DNA of 33,372 nucleotides from a virus (Duplodnaviria; Heunggongvirae; Uroviricota; Caudoviricetes): IMG/VR virus record IMGVR_UViG_2534681662_000018; one strand, 5' to 3'. Shown piece by piece: positions 25,527 to 33,372 of this stretch (position 1 is its first letter; each line of letters starts with the position of its first letter). The notes under the pieces were generated by a model. It saw only the letters and a program-made list of their open reading frames with translations, ran no database searches and was not told where the DNA came from. The position numbers and the translations under genes were made by a program.

Positions 25527-27602
25527 ATGACCGGGAAACGCTTAAAGGCGTCTGTCATTATTGATCTTAATGGCAATCTTTCCCGGCGTTCCCGCGAGTA
25601 TTCGAACCAGATAAACGCCCTGTCCCGTAGCGGACAAAGTTCCCTTCGTGCCCTGCGTATGGAGGTTGTGCGCGTTTCTGGTGCCATTGACAGAATGGGT
25701 TCACTGTCAACCCGTACATTCCGAATGCTGTCAGCCGGGGCGCTGGGTATCGCTGGCGTGGGTTACACCGCCAATAAACTGTTTATTGGTGCCGCCGCCC
25801 AGCGTGAGCAGCAGATTATCGCCATGAACTCGCTGTATCACGGCGATAAGGCCAGAGCACAGGCCATGATGGCGTGGGCGAAGCAGAACGCAAAAGAAAC
25901 CACCTGGGGGCTGGGCGGCGTTCTGCAGGAAATCCGCACATCAACGGCGTTTGGCATGACTGACGCCCAGGTAAAACAGTTCATCACCATGCTACAGAAT
26001 CAGGGCGCGATGCATGGCTGGGATTTACCCACCGCGCAGGGGGCTTCGTTACAGTTCAAACAGATGTTTGCCCGCCAGCAAATCACGGCGGCGGACGCCA
26101 ACCTGCTGACCGGTTACGGTATCAACGTTTACAAGGTGCTGGCAGATGCAACGGGTAAGGATGAGAAAAAAATCCGTAAGCTGGGTGAAAAAGGCAAGCT
26201 GGGCAAGAAAGCCATTCTGACGGTATTCCGGACCCTGCTGGAGCAGTCAGAAGGCGCACAGGCGGCTGCCATGAACTCCTGGGACGGGATGATGGCCCAG
26301 ATGGAGGGCAACCTGCTTGAGTTTCGCACGAAGGTGGCAAACAGCGGCCCCTTTGAAGAAATCAAGAACGAGATGCGCCGGGTGCTTAACTGGCACGATG
26401 CGGCGGATAAATCCGGGGAGCTGGACGCACTGGCAGAAAACATTGGTCAGAAATTCCTGACCACGTTCAGAAAGGTAAAAATCGCGGCGCAGGAATTATG
26501 GCGCTGGCTGAAACCGGGTAAAGATGCGCTGGCATGGGTTGACCAGAATATTGTCAGCCTGAAAAAACTGGCTGCTGTTCTGGTGTCTGTCTGGCTTGCC
26601 AATAAAGCCCTGAGAGCAGGCTGGGCCGTGGCAAAACCCTCATGGCAGGTTGCCAGTTATCCGTTTAAAACCGGGCGTCGTATGTGGCGCTGGATGCGAA
26701 ACCGCAAACGTGGGCAGGCAGGTCTGCCGGTCCCGGATGCCATGACGTCTGAGACGCTGTTGCAGGGTATCGGCATTCAGCGTGTGTTTGTCACTAACTG
26801 GCCTCACGGGTTCGGCGGTTACGGAAGCGGTGGCCGTGGTGGTCGCACCCGGAAAGGCAAAGGCATGACGCCCCTGTTACCCCGCCAGCCGTTATTGCTG
26901 TCCGGGCCACAGCCGCTGGCATTACCTGCACCACGCCCTGTTCTGGCATTACCCCCACCCGGCGTACCGGTAACGGCACGGCCTGCACCATTACCTTTAC
27001 CCGGTAAATCCGGTCTTCTGAGCAGGCTTGCAGGCAGTGCTGCCGGGCAACTGGTTACGGGAGCGGTCGGAAAGCTGGCTGATGCCGGGCGTGCCGCTGG
27101 CGGGTGGTTTTCCGGTATCGGAAACAAACTTGCAGGCAGTGCGATCGGTCGGGTTGTGACAAAAGGTGCCGGGGCGCTGGGCTGGATGGGGAAAGGCGCG
27201 GGGCGTGCGTTGTCACGTCTGGGTGGCCCGGTAATGGGGGCACTCCAGCTTGCCCCCGTCCTGATGGATGAGCAGGCGTCAACCCATGAAAAAGCAGGCG
27301 CAATTGGCAGTACAGCCGGTGCATGGCTCGGCGGTGCCGTTGGCAGCCTTGCCGGACCGCTGGGTACGGTTGCCGGTGCCACGCTGGGCAGTGTCGCCGG
27401 GGAGTATCTGGGCGGTTTTGTAACCGACCTGTATCAGAAGTGGACGGCCACGGATAAGGAACCGCAGGAGCAAAAAGTGAATGCGGAAGCCTCGCTGCGC
27501 GTCGAACTTGGCGAGGGGTTACGTCTGACCAGTTCCCGCGTCACCGAGGATGGTATGGGGCTGAATATTTACGCGGGCGATAACTACATTACAGGCTGGT
27601 AA
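25527..27602 (+). CDS. Tail tape measure protein (691 aa)
   Basis: Long helical protein with Pro-rich and Gly/Ala-rich low-complexity segments; position after tube and chaperone. Confidence 0.85.
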   Translation: MTGKRLKASVIIDLNGNLSRRSREYSNQINALSRSGQSSLRALRMEVVRVSGAIDRMGSLSTRTFRMLSAGALGIAGVGYTANKLFIGAAAQREQQIIAMNSLYHGDKARAQAMMAWAKQNAKETTWGLGGVLQEIRTSTAFGMTDAQVKQFITMLQNQGAMHGWDLPTAQGASLQFKQMFARQQITAADANLLTGYGINVYKVLADATGKDEKKIRKLGEKGKLGKKAILTVFRTLLEQSEGAQAAAMNSWDGMMAQMEGNLLEFRTKVANSGPFEEIKNEMRRVLNWHDAADKSGELDALAENIGQKFLTTFRKVKIAAQELWRWLKPGKDALAWVDQNIVSLKKLAAVLVSVWLANKALRAGWAVAKPSWQVASYPFKTGRRMWRWMRNRKRGQAGLPVPDAMTSETLLQGIGIQRVFVTNWPHGFGGYGSGGRGGRTRKGKGMTPLLPRQPLLLSGPQPLALPAPRPVLALPPPGVPVTARPAPLPLPGKSGLLSRLAGSAAGQLVTGAVGKLADAGRAAGGWFSGIGNKLAGSAIGRVVTKGAGALGWMGKGAGRALSRLGGPVMGALQLAPVLMDEQASTHEKAGAIGSTAGAWLGGAVGSLAGPLGTVAGATLGSVAGEYLGGFVTDLYQKWTATDKEPQEQKVNAEASLRVELGEGLRLTSSRVTEDGMGLNIYAGDNYITGW

Positions 27603-27606
27603 AACC

Positions 27607-29094
27607 ATGTTTGAAGATGCTTTAAATGCCGTTAATGCTGTCCGGGATAAAACCGGTGGAGGCAGGAAAACAACCGGCAAAGGCACGTTCCGTAACGTGC
27701 CGTTTCTCGTCATCGAGGAGCAAAAACAGGCTGGCGGACGTCGTCTGGTTAAACGTGAGTACCCGTTACGTGATACCGGCGGTGTCAACGACCTGGGGAA
27801 AAAGCTTCGCTCCCGCACATTCAGCATCTGCATTCTGAACAGCAACGCAGAGACTGCCAGAGATGAAGCGGGTGCGCTGATGGATGCTCTTGATGCTCCG
27901 GGTAGCGGTGAGCTGGTACATCCTGATTTCGGCACTGTGGCCGTCATGGTGGATTCATGGGAATGCCGCACTAAAGCGGATGAACTGAATTATTACGCGT
28001 TCACCGTTACCGTTTATCCGTCGTTGCAGGATACTGCCCCGGACGCAGAGACAGACACCAGTGTAGCCGTACCGGCACAGTCCGTTGCTGTAACCGGTTC
28101 TCTGGGAGATACGCTGTCCTCTGTCTGGCAGACCGTAAAAGATGGCACTGCGGCGGCAACCGCCGTGATGGAAGCTGTAACCGGTGTCATCGATGATATC
28201 AGTGATGCGGTGGACAATCTGGGGGTTACGCAGACTGTCAGCGGTCTGATGGGATCGCTTTCTGCGATGAAAGGCTCTGTGACCGGCCTGATTAACCAGC
28301 CTGCCATGCTGGCCTCCTCGCTGATGGGGGCGCTGTCCGGCGTTTCATCGTTATGCGATACCCGGACAGCATTTTCCACCTGGAACCGTCTGGCGCAGCG
28401 GTTCGAACGTCGCCATGCCGCCACCGCAGGCAGACAGGGGGCAATCACAACCTCGTACAACAGTCCGGTTGCAGAAAAAAATATTGCCACACTGAACTAC
28501 GTCATGCTGGCAGCGGCGCAGACATACCGGGCAGAAGCTGCCAGCCAGGCACTGACTGCGGCACTGGATTTCAGTCGCCGGATGGATAATGCCGCCCGTG
28601 CACCTGTACTGGATGCCCCGTCCACCACAACCGGCACAGCCAGCGGGGCCAGCAGCACATCTGCTACCGTCACACAGGGACAGTTACAGTTAACTGCCAT
28701 AACCCCGGACGGCGGCTTTTCACAGGTATCCTTTTCAGACAGTGGTACAGCCACGCCCCCGGTATTTGAAAGTGTGTCCGATATCGGAAAAACAGCCGCC
28801 ATGCTGGGGGCTGCGCTGGATACCGTCATTCTGACGGCATCTGAGCAGGGCTTTTCGACAGACAGCGTTCAGCTTACGCAACTGCGTCTGCTGGTTGTTG
28901 CCGACCTGGAAAAACGCGGGCTGCAACTGGCGGGTAGTGAAACGCACCGTCTGCCGGAGACGATGCCTGCAATGGTGGCCCTGTACCGTTACACAGGAAA
29001 CAGCCGGAACTGGCAACGGCTGGCCCGCAGGAACGGTATCAGCAACCCGTTGTTTGTTCCCGGTGGTGTCAGTATTGAGGTGATTAATGAGTAA
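27607..29094 (+). CDS. N: Tail protein N (DNA circularisation protein), C-terminal LysM-like motif (495 aa)
   Basis: ORF 27607..29094; C-terminus [33 protein letters not shown] resembles a LysM-like fold; position after tape measure. Confidence 0.65.
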   Translation: MFEDALNAVNAVRDKTGGGRKTTGKGTFRNVPFLVIEEQKQAGGRRLVKREYPLRDTGGVNDLGKKLRSRTFSICILNSNAETARDEAGALMDALDAPGSGELVHPDFGTVAVMVDSWECRTKADELNYYAFTVTVYPSLQDTAPDAETDTSVAVPAQSVAVTGSLGDTLSSVWQTVKDGTAAATAVMEAVTGVIDDISDAVDNLGVTQTVSGLMGSLSAMKGSVTGLINQPAMLASSLMGALSGVSSLCDTRTAFSTWNRLAQRFERRHAATAGRQGAITTSYNSPVAEKNIATLNYVMLAAAQTYRAEAASQALTAALDFSRRMDNAARAPVLDAPSTTTGTASGASSTSATVTQGQLQLTAITPDGGFSQVSFSDSGTATPPVFESVSDIGKTAAMLGAALDTVILTASEQGFSTDSVQLTQLRLLVVADLEKRGLQLAGSETHRLPETMPAMVALYRYTGNSRNWQRLARRNGISNPLFVPGGVSIEVINE

Positions 29095-30220
29095 TACCGT
29101 CACGCTGCGAACGGATGGCAGGCTTTTTACCGGCTGGACGTCAGTCTCTGTCACCCGCTCGATTGAATCCGTAGCCGGATATTTTGAGCTGGGGGTGAAC
29201 GTGCCACCGGGCACGGATTTATCCGGGCTGGCTCCGGGGAAGAAGTTCACGCTCGAAATCGGGGGGCAGATTGTCTGCACCGGTTATATCGATTCACGGC
29301 GACGCCAGATGACCGCTGACAGTATGAAAATCACTGTCGCCGGACGTGACAAAACGGCTGACCTGATTGACTGTGCTGCCGTTTACAGTGGCGGACAGTG
29401 GAAAAACCGCACACTGGAGCAGATTGCGCGTGACCTGTGCGCCCCTTATGGCGTTACCGTTCGCTGGGAGCTGTCAGACAAGGAAAGCGCAGCGTCGTTT
29501 CCGTCTTTTACGCTTGACCATTCAGAAACGGTTTACGAAGCGCTGGTGCGGGCCTCCCGCGCACGTGGTGTACTGATGACCAGCAATGCCGCCGGAGAGC
29601 TGGTATTCAGCCGGGCTGCCAGTACGGTCACTGATGAGCTGATCCTCGGGAAAAATCTGCTGACGGTGGATTTTGACGAAGATTTCCGTGACCGGTTCAG
29701 CGAATACATTGTCAAGGGTTATGCCCGCGCAAACGGCGCTGAGGGTGATGATATTGATGCGAAAAGTATCGTCTCCCGGAAAGGGACCGCCACTGACAGT
29801 GATGTAACCCGTTACAGACCGATGATCATCATTGCCGACAGCAAAATTACGGCGAAGGATGCACAGGCCCGCGCCCTGCGTGAGCAACGCCGCAGACTGG
29901 CAAAATCCATCACCTTTGAGGCTGAAATTGACGGATGGACTCGCAAGGACGGGCAACTCTGGATGCCAAACCTGCTGGTCACTATTGATGCCTCGAAATA
30001 TGCCATCAAAACCACGGAATTACTGGTCAGCAAAGTCACCCTGATACTGAATGACCAGGACGGGCTGAAAACCCGCGTCAGCCTTGCACCACGCGAAGGC
30101 TTTCTGGTGCCGGTTGAAAGCGACCGCAAATCCAGAGGGGATGGTAATGATGGCGTTGATGCGCTGGTTGAAGATTATTATCGCAGACACCCGGAGAAAA
30201 CGCCGCCGTGGAAAGAGTAA
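29087..30220 (+). CDS. P: Baseplate hub protein P (377 aa)
   Basis: ORF 29087..30220 with RBS GAGGTG; position and size. Confidence 0.7.
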   Translation: MSNTVTLRTDGRLFTGWTSVSVTRSIESVAGYFELGVNVPPGTDLSGLAPGKKFTLEIGGQIVCTGYIDSRRRQMTADSMKITVAGRDKTADLIDCAAVYSGGQWKNRTLEQIARDLCAPYGVTVRWELSDKESAASFPSFTLDHSETVYEALVRASRARGVLMTSNAAGELVFSRAASTVTDELILGKNLLTVDFDEDFRDRFSEYIVKGYARANGAEGDDIDAKSIVSRKGTATDSDVTRYRPMIIIADSKITAKDAQARALREQRRRLAKSITFEAEIDGWTRKDGQLWMPNLLVTIDASKYAIKTTELLVSKVTLILNDQDGLKTRVSLAPREGFLVPVESDRKSRGDGNDGVDALVEDYYRRHPEKTPPWKE

Positions 30221-30801
30221 ATGATTCCGCCATGAACCGCCTGCTGACACCGCTGATGCGTCGTGTGCGTCTGATGCTTGCGCGTGCCGTTGTTAACGTG
30301 ATTAACGACGGGCGAAAGGTTCAGAACCTGCAGGTCGGTCTGCTGGATGATGAGGAATCTGATGAAGTGGAGCGCCTGCAAAATTACGGGCATTTCAGCG
30401 TTCCTCTGCCGGGCGCAGAGGCGCTGATTGCCTGTGTGGGTGCACAACGTGATCAGGGGATTGCCGTTGTGGTGGAAGACCGCCGCTACCGCCCGACAAA
30501 TCTTGAACCGGGTGATGCAGGCATTTACCACCACGAGGGGCATCGTATCAGGCTGACAAAGGACGGGCGCTGCATCATTACCTGTAAAACGGTTGAGATT
30601 TACGCTGATGAAAGCATGACCGTTGATACACCCAGAACCACGTTTACCGGCGACGTTGAGATCCAGAAAGGTCTGGGCGTTAAAGGTAAAAGCCAGTTCG
30701 ACAGCAATATTACTGCCCCGGATGCCATCATCAATGGCAAATCGACGGATAAGCATATCCACCGTGGCGACAGCGGCGGAACCACAGGGCCGATGCAATG
30801 A
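30208..30801 (+). CDS. Baseplate central spike / puncturing protein (about 190-197 aa)
   Basis: Track ORF from GTG 30208 (GGAG 12 nt upstream); alternative ATG at 30232. Confidence 0.65.
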   Translation: MERVNDSAMNRLLTPLMRRVRLMLARAVVNVINDGRKVQNLQVGLLDDEESDEVERLQNYGHFSVPLPGAEALIACVGAQRDQGIAVVVEDRRYRPTNLEPGDAGIYHHEGHRIRLTKDGRCIITCKTVEIYADESMTVDTPRTTFTGDVEIQKGLGVKGKSQFDSNITAPDAIINGKSTDKHIHRGDSGGTTGPMQ

Positions 30802-31235
30802 CCGATTTAGCCATTATCTGGACGAACGGACGCGGCGATATTGCACAGGATGGCATTGATATGCTGACCGACGACAGTCTGACGACCGATGTGACAATCT
30901 CCCTGTTTACCGACCGGCGCGCGCTGGATTCTGACACGCTGCCGGATGGTTCAGATGATCGCCGTGGATGGTGGGGGGACAGTTACCGCGACCGCCCCAT
31001 CGGTTCGCGGTTGTGGCTGTTATCACGTGAAAAAGCCACACCGGATACGCTGGAACGCGCCAGAGGGTATGCCGAAGAGGCGCTGGAATGGCTGAAAACA
31101 GCGGGCCGGGTGAGTGCGATTAACGTCAGAGCGGAACAGTTACATCAGGGCTGGTTATACCTCTACATTGCACTGACATTACCGGATGGTTCCGTTATTC
31201 CTTATGAGTTTAAAGCAGCATTTAACGGGGTTTAA
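30798..31235 (+). CDS. Baseplate wedge protein, small (145 aa)
   Basis: ORF 30798..31235, 4-nt overlap with the spike gene. Confidence 0.7.
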   Translation: MTDLAIIWTNGRGDIAQDGIDMLTDDSLTTDVTISLFTDRRALDSDTLPDGSDDRRGWWGDSYRDRPIGSRLWLLSREKATPDTLERARGYAEEALEWLKTAGRVSAINVRAEQLHQGWLYLYIALTLPDGSVIPYEFKAAFNGV

Positions 31236-32318
31236 ATGGCTTATTCACCACCGACATTATCATCGCTGATTGCCCGTACAGAACAGAATATTGAACAGCG
31301 CCTGCCGGGTAGCTGGCCTCAGGCCCGTGAAAAAACGCTGAGTGCCATTGCTTATGCTCAGGCGGGCCTTGCTGCCGGTTTTCACGAGCATATTTCATGG
31401 GTTGGACGGCAGATTATCCCGTCGACAGCAGATGAAGATGAGTTGCTGGAGCACTGCCGGTTCTGGGGCGTGCGCCGCAAACAGGCGACAGCCGCCAGCG
31501 GCCCGCTGACTGTCACCACATCGGCAGCGACCACCATTCCTGCCGGTACACGCTGGCAGCGTGCTGATGGTGTGGTTTACAGCCTGGCTGATGCCATTGT
31601 GATTGACCGTGCAGGAACGACGGAAATTACCGTTACCGCACTGGCTGCCGGTGAGGCAGGAAATACCGGTGAGAATACCCTTTTAACGTTGATCACCCCG
31701 GTTGCCAGTGTTGTTTCCGATGCCATCACTGTAAAAGGGTTTTCCGGTGGAGCTGATATTGAGAGTGCAGCGGAGCTGCTGTCACGGCTGGAATATCGTG
31801 TCCAGTATCCTCCGTTCGGCGGTAATCAGTTTGATTATGTTCGCTGGGCACGTGAAGTCAGCGGCGTTACCCGTGCCTGGTCTTTTCCGACATGGAAAGG
31901 CGGTGGCACAGTCGGGGTGACGTTTGTTATGGATAACCGGAGCAATATTTTTCCACAACCGGCAGATGTGGAACGCGTGGCGGATTATATCGCCGGTCAT
32001 ACTGACCCGATAACCGGCCTGATTGTCGGACAGCCTGATGGTGTAAATGTCACGGTATTTGCACCAAAGGCAAAGCCGGTAAATCCACGGATTTATATAT
32101 CGCCGAAGACAGCCGAACTGAAACAGGCTATTACTCACGCCATTAATACCATGTTTTTTAATGAGGTGACGCCGGGCGGTGCACTTGCCCCCTCCCGTAT
32201 TATCCGTGCGGTGGCAGGTGTTACCGGTCTGGATGATTTTGAAGTGCGTTTCCCGACAGACATCCAGCGTTCGGAGAATACGGAACTGTTAACACCGGGG
32301 ACAATTGAATGGCTGTAA
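31236..32318 (+). CDS. Baseplate J-like wedge protein (360 aa)
   Basis: ORF 31236..32318 starting immediately after the preceding stop; typical size for baseplate J family. Confidence 0.78.
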   Translation: MAYSPPTLSSLIARTEQNIEQRLPGSWPQAREKTLSAIAYAQAGLAAGFHEHISWVGRQIIPSTADEDELLEHCRFWGVRRKQATAASGPLTVTTSAATTIPAGTRWQRADGVVYSLADAIVIDRAGTTEITVTALAAGEAGNTGENTLLTLITPVASVVSDAITVKGFSGGADIESAAELLSRLEYRVQYPPFGGNQFDYVRWAREVSGVTRAWSFPTWKGGGTVGVTFVMDNRSNIFPQPADVERVADYIAGHTDPITGLIVGQPDGVNVTVFAPKAKPVNPRIYISPKTAELKQAITHAINTMFFNEVTPGGALAPSRIIRAVAGVTGLDDFEVRFPTDIQRSENTELLTPGTIEWL

Positions 32319-32851
32319 CACCCTGGCAGACGGCCTTTCTGCAATTACTGCCGTCAGGGCTTGCCTGGAATAAAAGCCCCGACAGCAAATTATCTGCGCT
32401 GGCGCAGGCCATCAGCGACGTGATTACCACTGCGGCGGATGATGCGCGGCAAATGCTGCGGGAGCGTTTCCCGTCCACATCCCGCTGGTATCTGGGTGAG
32501 TGGGAATCATTTCTGGGGTTGCCGGACTGTACCAGCGAAAACGGCACCCTGTCCGAACGCCGGCGGGCTGCCGCGAATAAAATGCGTATGACCGGCAATC
32601 TGAGTCGGCGCTTTTATGAATGGCTGGCTGCGCAGTACGGTTTTACCGTCAGGCTGACGGATTCCACAGAAGGCCAGTGGGTTACGCAGGTCAATATTTA
32701 CGGTATTAAAAATTATCGCAACGCAACGGTGCTGGATAATGTTCTGACGCCGTTACGTGTTTATGAATCGGGTGCGCTGGAATGTTTACTGGAGAAATAT
32801 AAACCCGCGCATCAGATTTATAAATTTGTTTACCATGACGGAGATAACTAA
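32309..32851 (+). CDS. Baseplate/tail protein (180 aa)
   Basis: ORF 32309..32851, overlaps both neighbours. Confidence 0.7.
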   Translation: MAVTPWQTAFLQLLPSGLAWNKSPDSKLSALAQAISDVITTAADDARQMLRERFPSTSRWYLGEWESFLGLPDCTSENGTLSERRRAAANKMRMTGNLSRRFYEWLAAQYGFTVRLTDSTEGQWVTQVNIYGIKNYRNATVLDNVLTPLRVYESGALECLLEKYKPAHQIYKFVYHDGDN

Positions 32852-33372
32852 TGTTTTATATTGATAACGACAGCGGCGTAACCGTCATGCCGCCCGTATC
32901 CGCCCAGCGTAGTGCTATCGTTCGCTGGTTTTCAGAAGGTGACGGGAATAATGCTATCACATGGCCCGGCATGGACTGGTTTAATATTGTGCAGGCGGAG
33001 TTATTAAACACGCTGAAAGAAGCCGGTATTCAACCGGATAAAACAAAATTAAACCAGCTTGCACTGTCCATTAAAGCCATTATGAGCAATAACGCGCTGC
33101 TGATAAAAAATAACCTCAGCGAAATTAAAACTGCCGGGGCATCAGCACAGCGTACAGCACGTGAAAATCTGGATATCTGGGATGCCAGCCTGAACAAAAA
33201 AGGCCTCGTTCAGCTAACCAGTGCCACTGACAGCCCCAGTGAAACGCTGGCAGCCACCGCAAAAGCGGTGAAAATTGCGATGGATAATGCCAATGCCCGT
33301 CTGGCAAAAGAGCGGAACGGAGCAGATATTCCCAATAAACCGCTGTTTATCCAAAACCTCGGTTTGCAGGAA
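32851..33372 (+). CDS. S: Tail fibre protein S, N-terminal constant part (partial, runs off window end)
   Basis: ATG at 32851 overlapping the preceding TAA (TAATG); open to the window end (174 codons). Confidence 0.75.
   Translation, partial: MFYIDNDSGVTVMPPVSAQRSAIVRWFSEGDGNNAITWPGMDWFNIVQAELLNTLKEAGIQPDKTKLNQLALSIKAIMSNNALLIKNNLSEIKTAGASAQRTARENLDIWDASLNKKGLVQLTSATDSPSETLAATAKAVKIAMDNANARLAKERNGADIPNKPLFIQNLGLQE

Larger units (their letters stand above)
1261..33372 (+). mobile_element. Mu-type transposable prophage, left end through 5' part of tail fibre gene S (continues beyond window)
   Basis: Left end begins TGTATTGATTCACTTGAAGTACGAAAA. Gene order and protein sequences match Mu: c, ner, A, B, kil, gam, gemA, mor, C, lys, terminase, portal, F, G, I, T, L, M, tape measure, baseplate, S. 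Confidence 0.93.

Noticed and set aside
26819-27382. 187-aa minus-strand ORF and Pro/Gly-rich repetition inside the tape measure gene
   Set aside because: Low-complexity coding sequence of the tape measure read in the wrong frame and strand; the repetitiveness is amino-acid compositional (PLP and GxxG runs), not a nucleotide repeat array.
26830-27430. Possible repeat array or CRISPR-like periodicity in the Gly/Ala- and Pro-rich part of the tape measure
   Set aside because: No conserved direct repeat of fixed length with unique spacers is present; the periodicity is at the protein-composition level only. No CRISPR array is present anywhere in the window.

Overview
The window is a host chromosome/prophage junction followed by about 32 kb of a Mu-type transposable phage (bacteriophage Mu or a very close relative), read left end to tail-fibre gene. 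Bases 1-1260 are the 5' part of a host inverse-autotransporter (intimin/invasin-family) adhesin gene that already carries a frameshift and an in-frame stop; it is cut at 1260/1261 by the phage left end (TGTATTGATTCACTTGAAGTACGAAAA, with three MuA end-binding repeats). The phage then runs in canonical Mu order: repressor c (minus strand), operator/promoter/enhancer region, ner, transposase A, B, kil, a semi-essential early block of small unknown ORFs around gam, gemA, mor, the early terminator and middle promoter region, C, a holin-less lysis cassette (SAR-type endolysin, overlapped spanins, releasin-like protein), terminase, portal, F, G, protease/scaffold I with internal Z, major head T, sheath L, tube M, tape measure, baseplate genes and the 5' part of tail fibre S, which runs off the window end. 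No rRNA, tRNA or CRISPR array was seen. I found no clearly novel multi-gene system. The best leads are an unlisted-looking antisense ORF with a strong RBS in an AT-rich island (9272-9511), the block of uncharacterised early proteins (5571-9584), and a perfect 33-bp in-frame tandem duplication in a small late gene (22962-23027). All identifications rest on reading the translations and recalling Mu biology; nothing was checked by alignment, so differences from reference Mu, and whether the antisense ORF is already annotated there, are unresolved.
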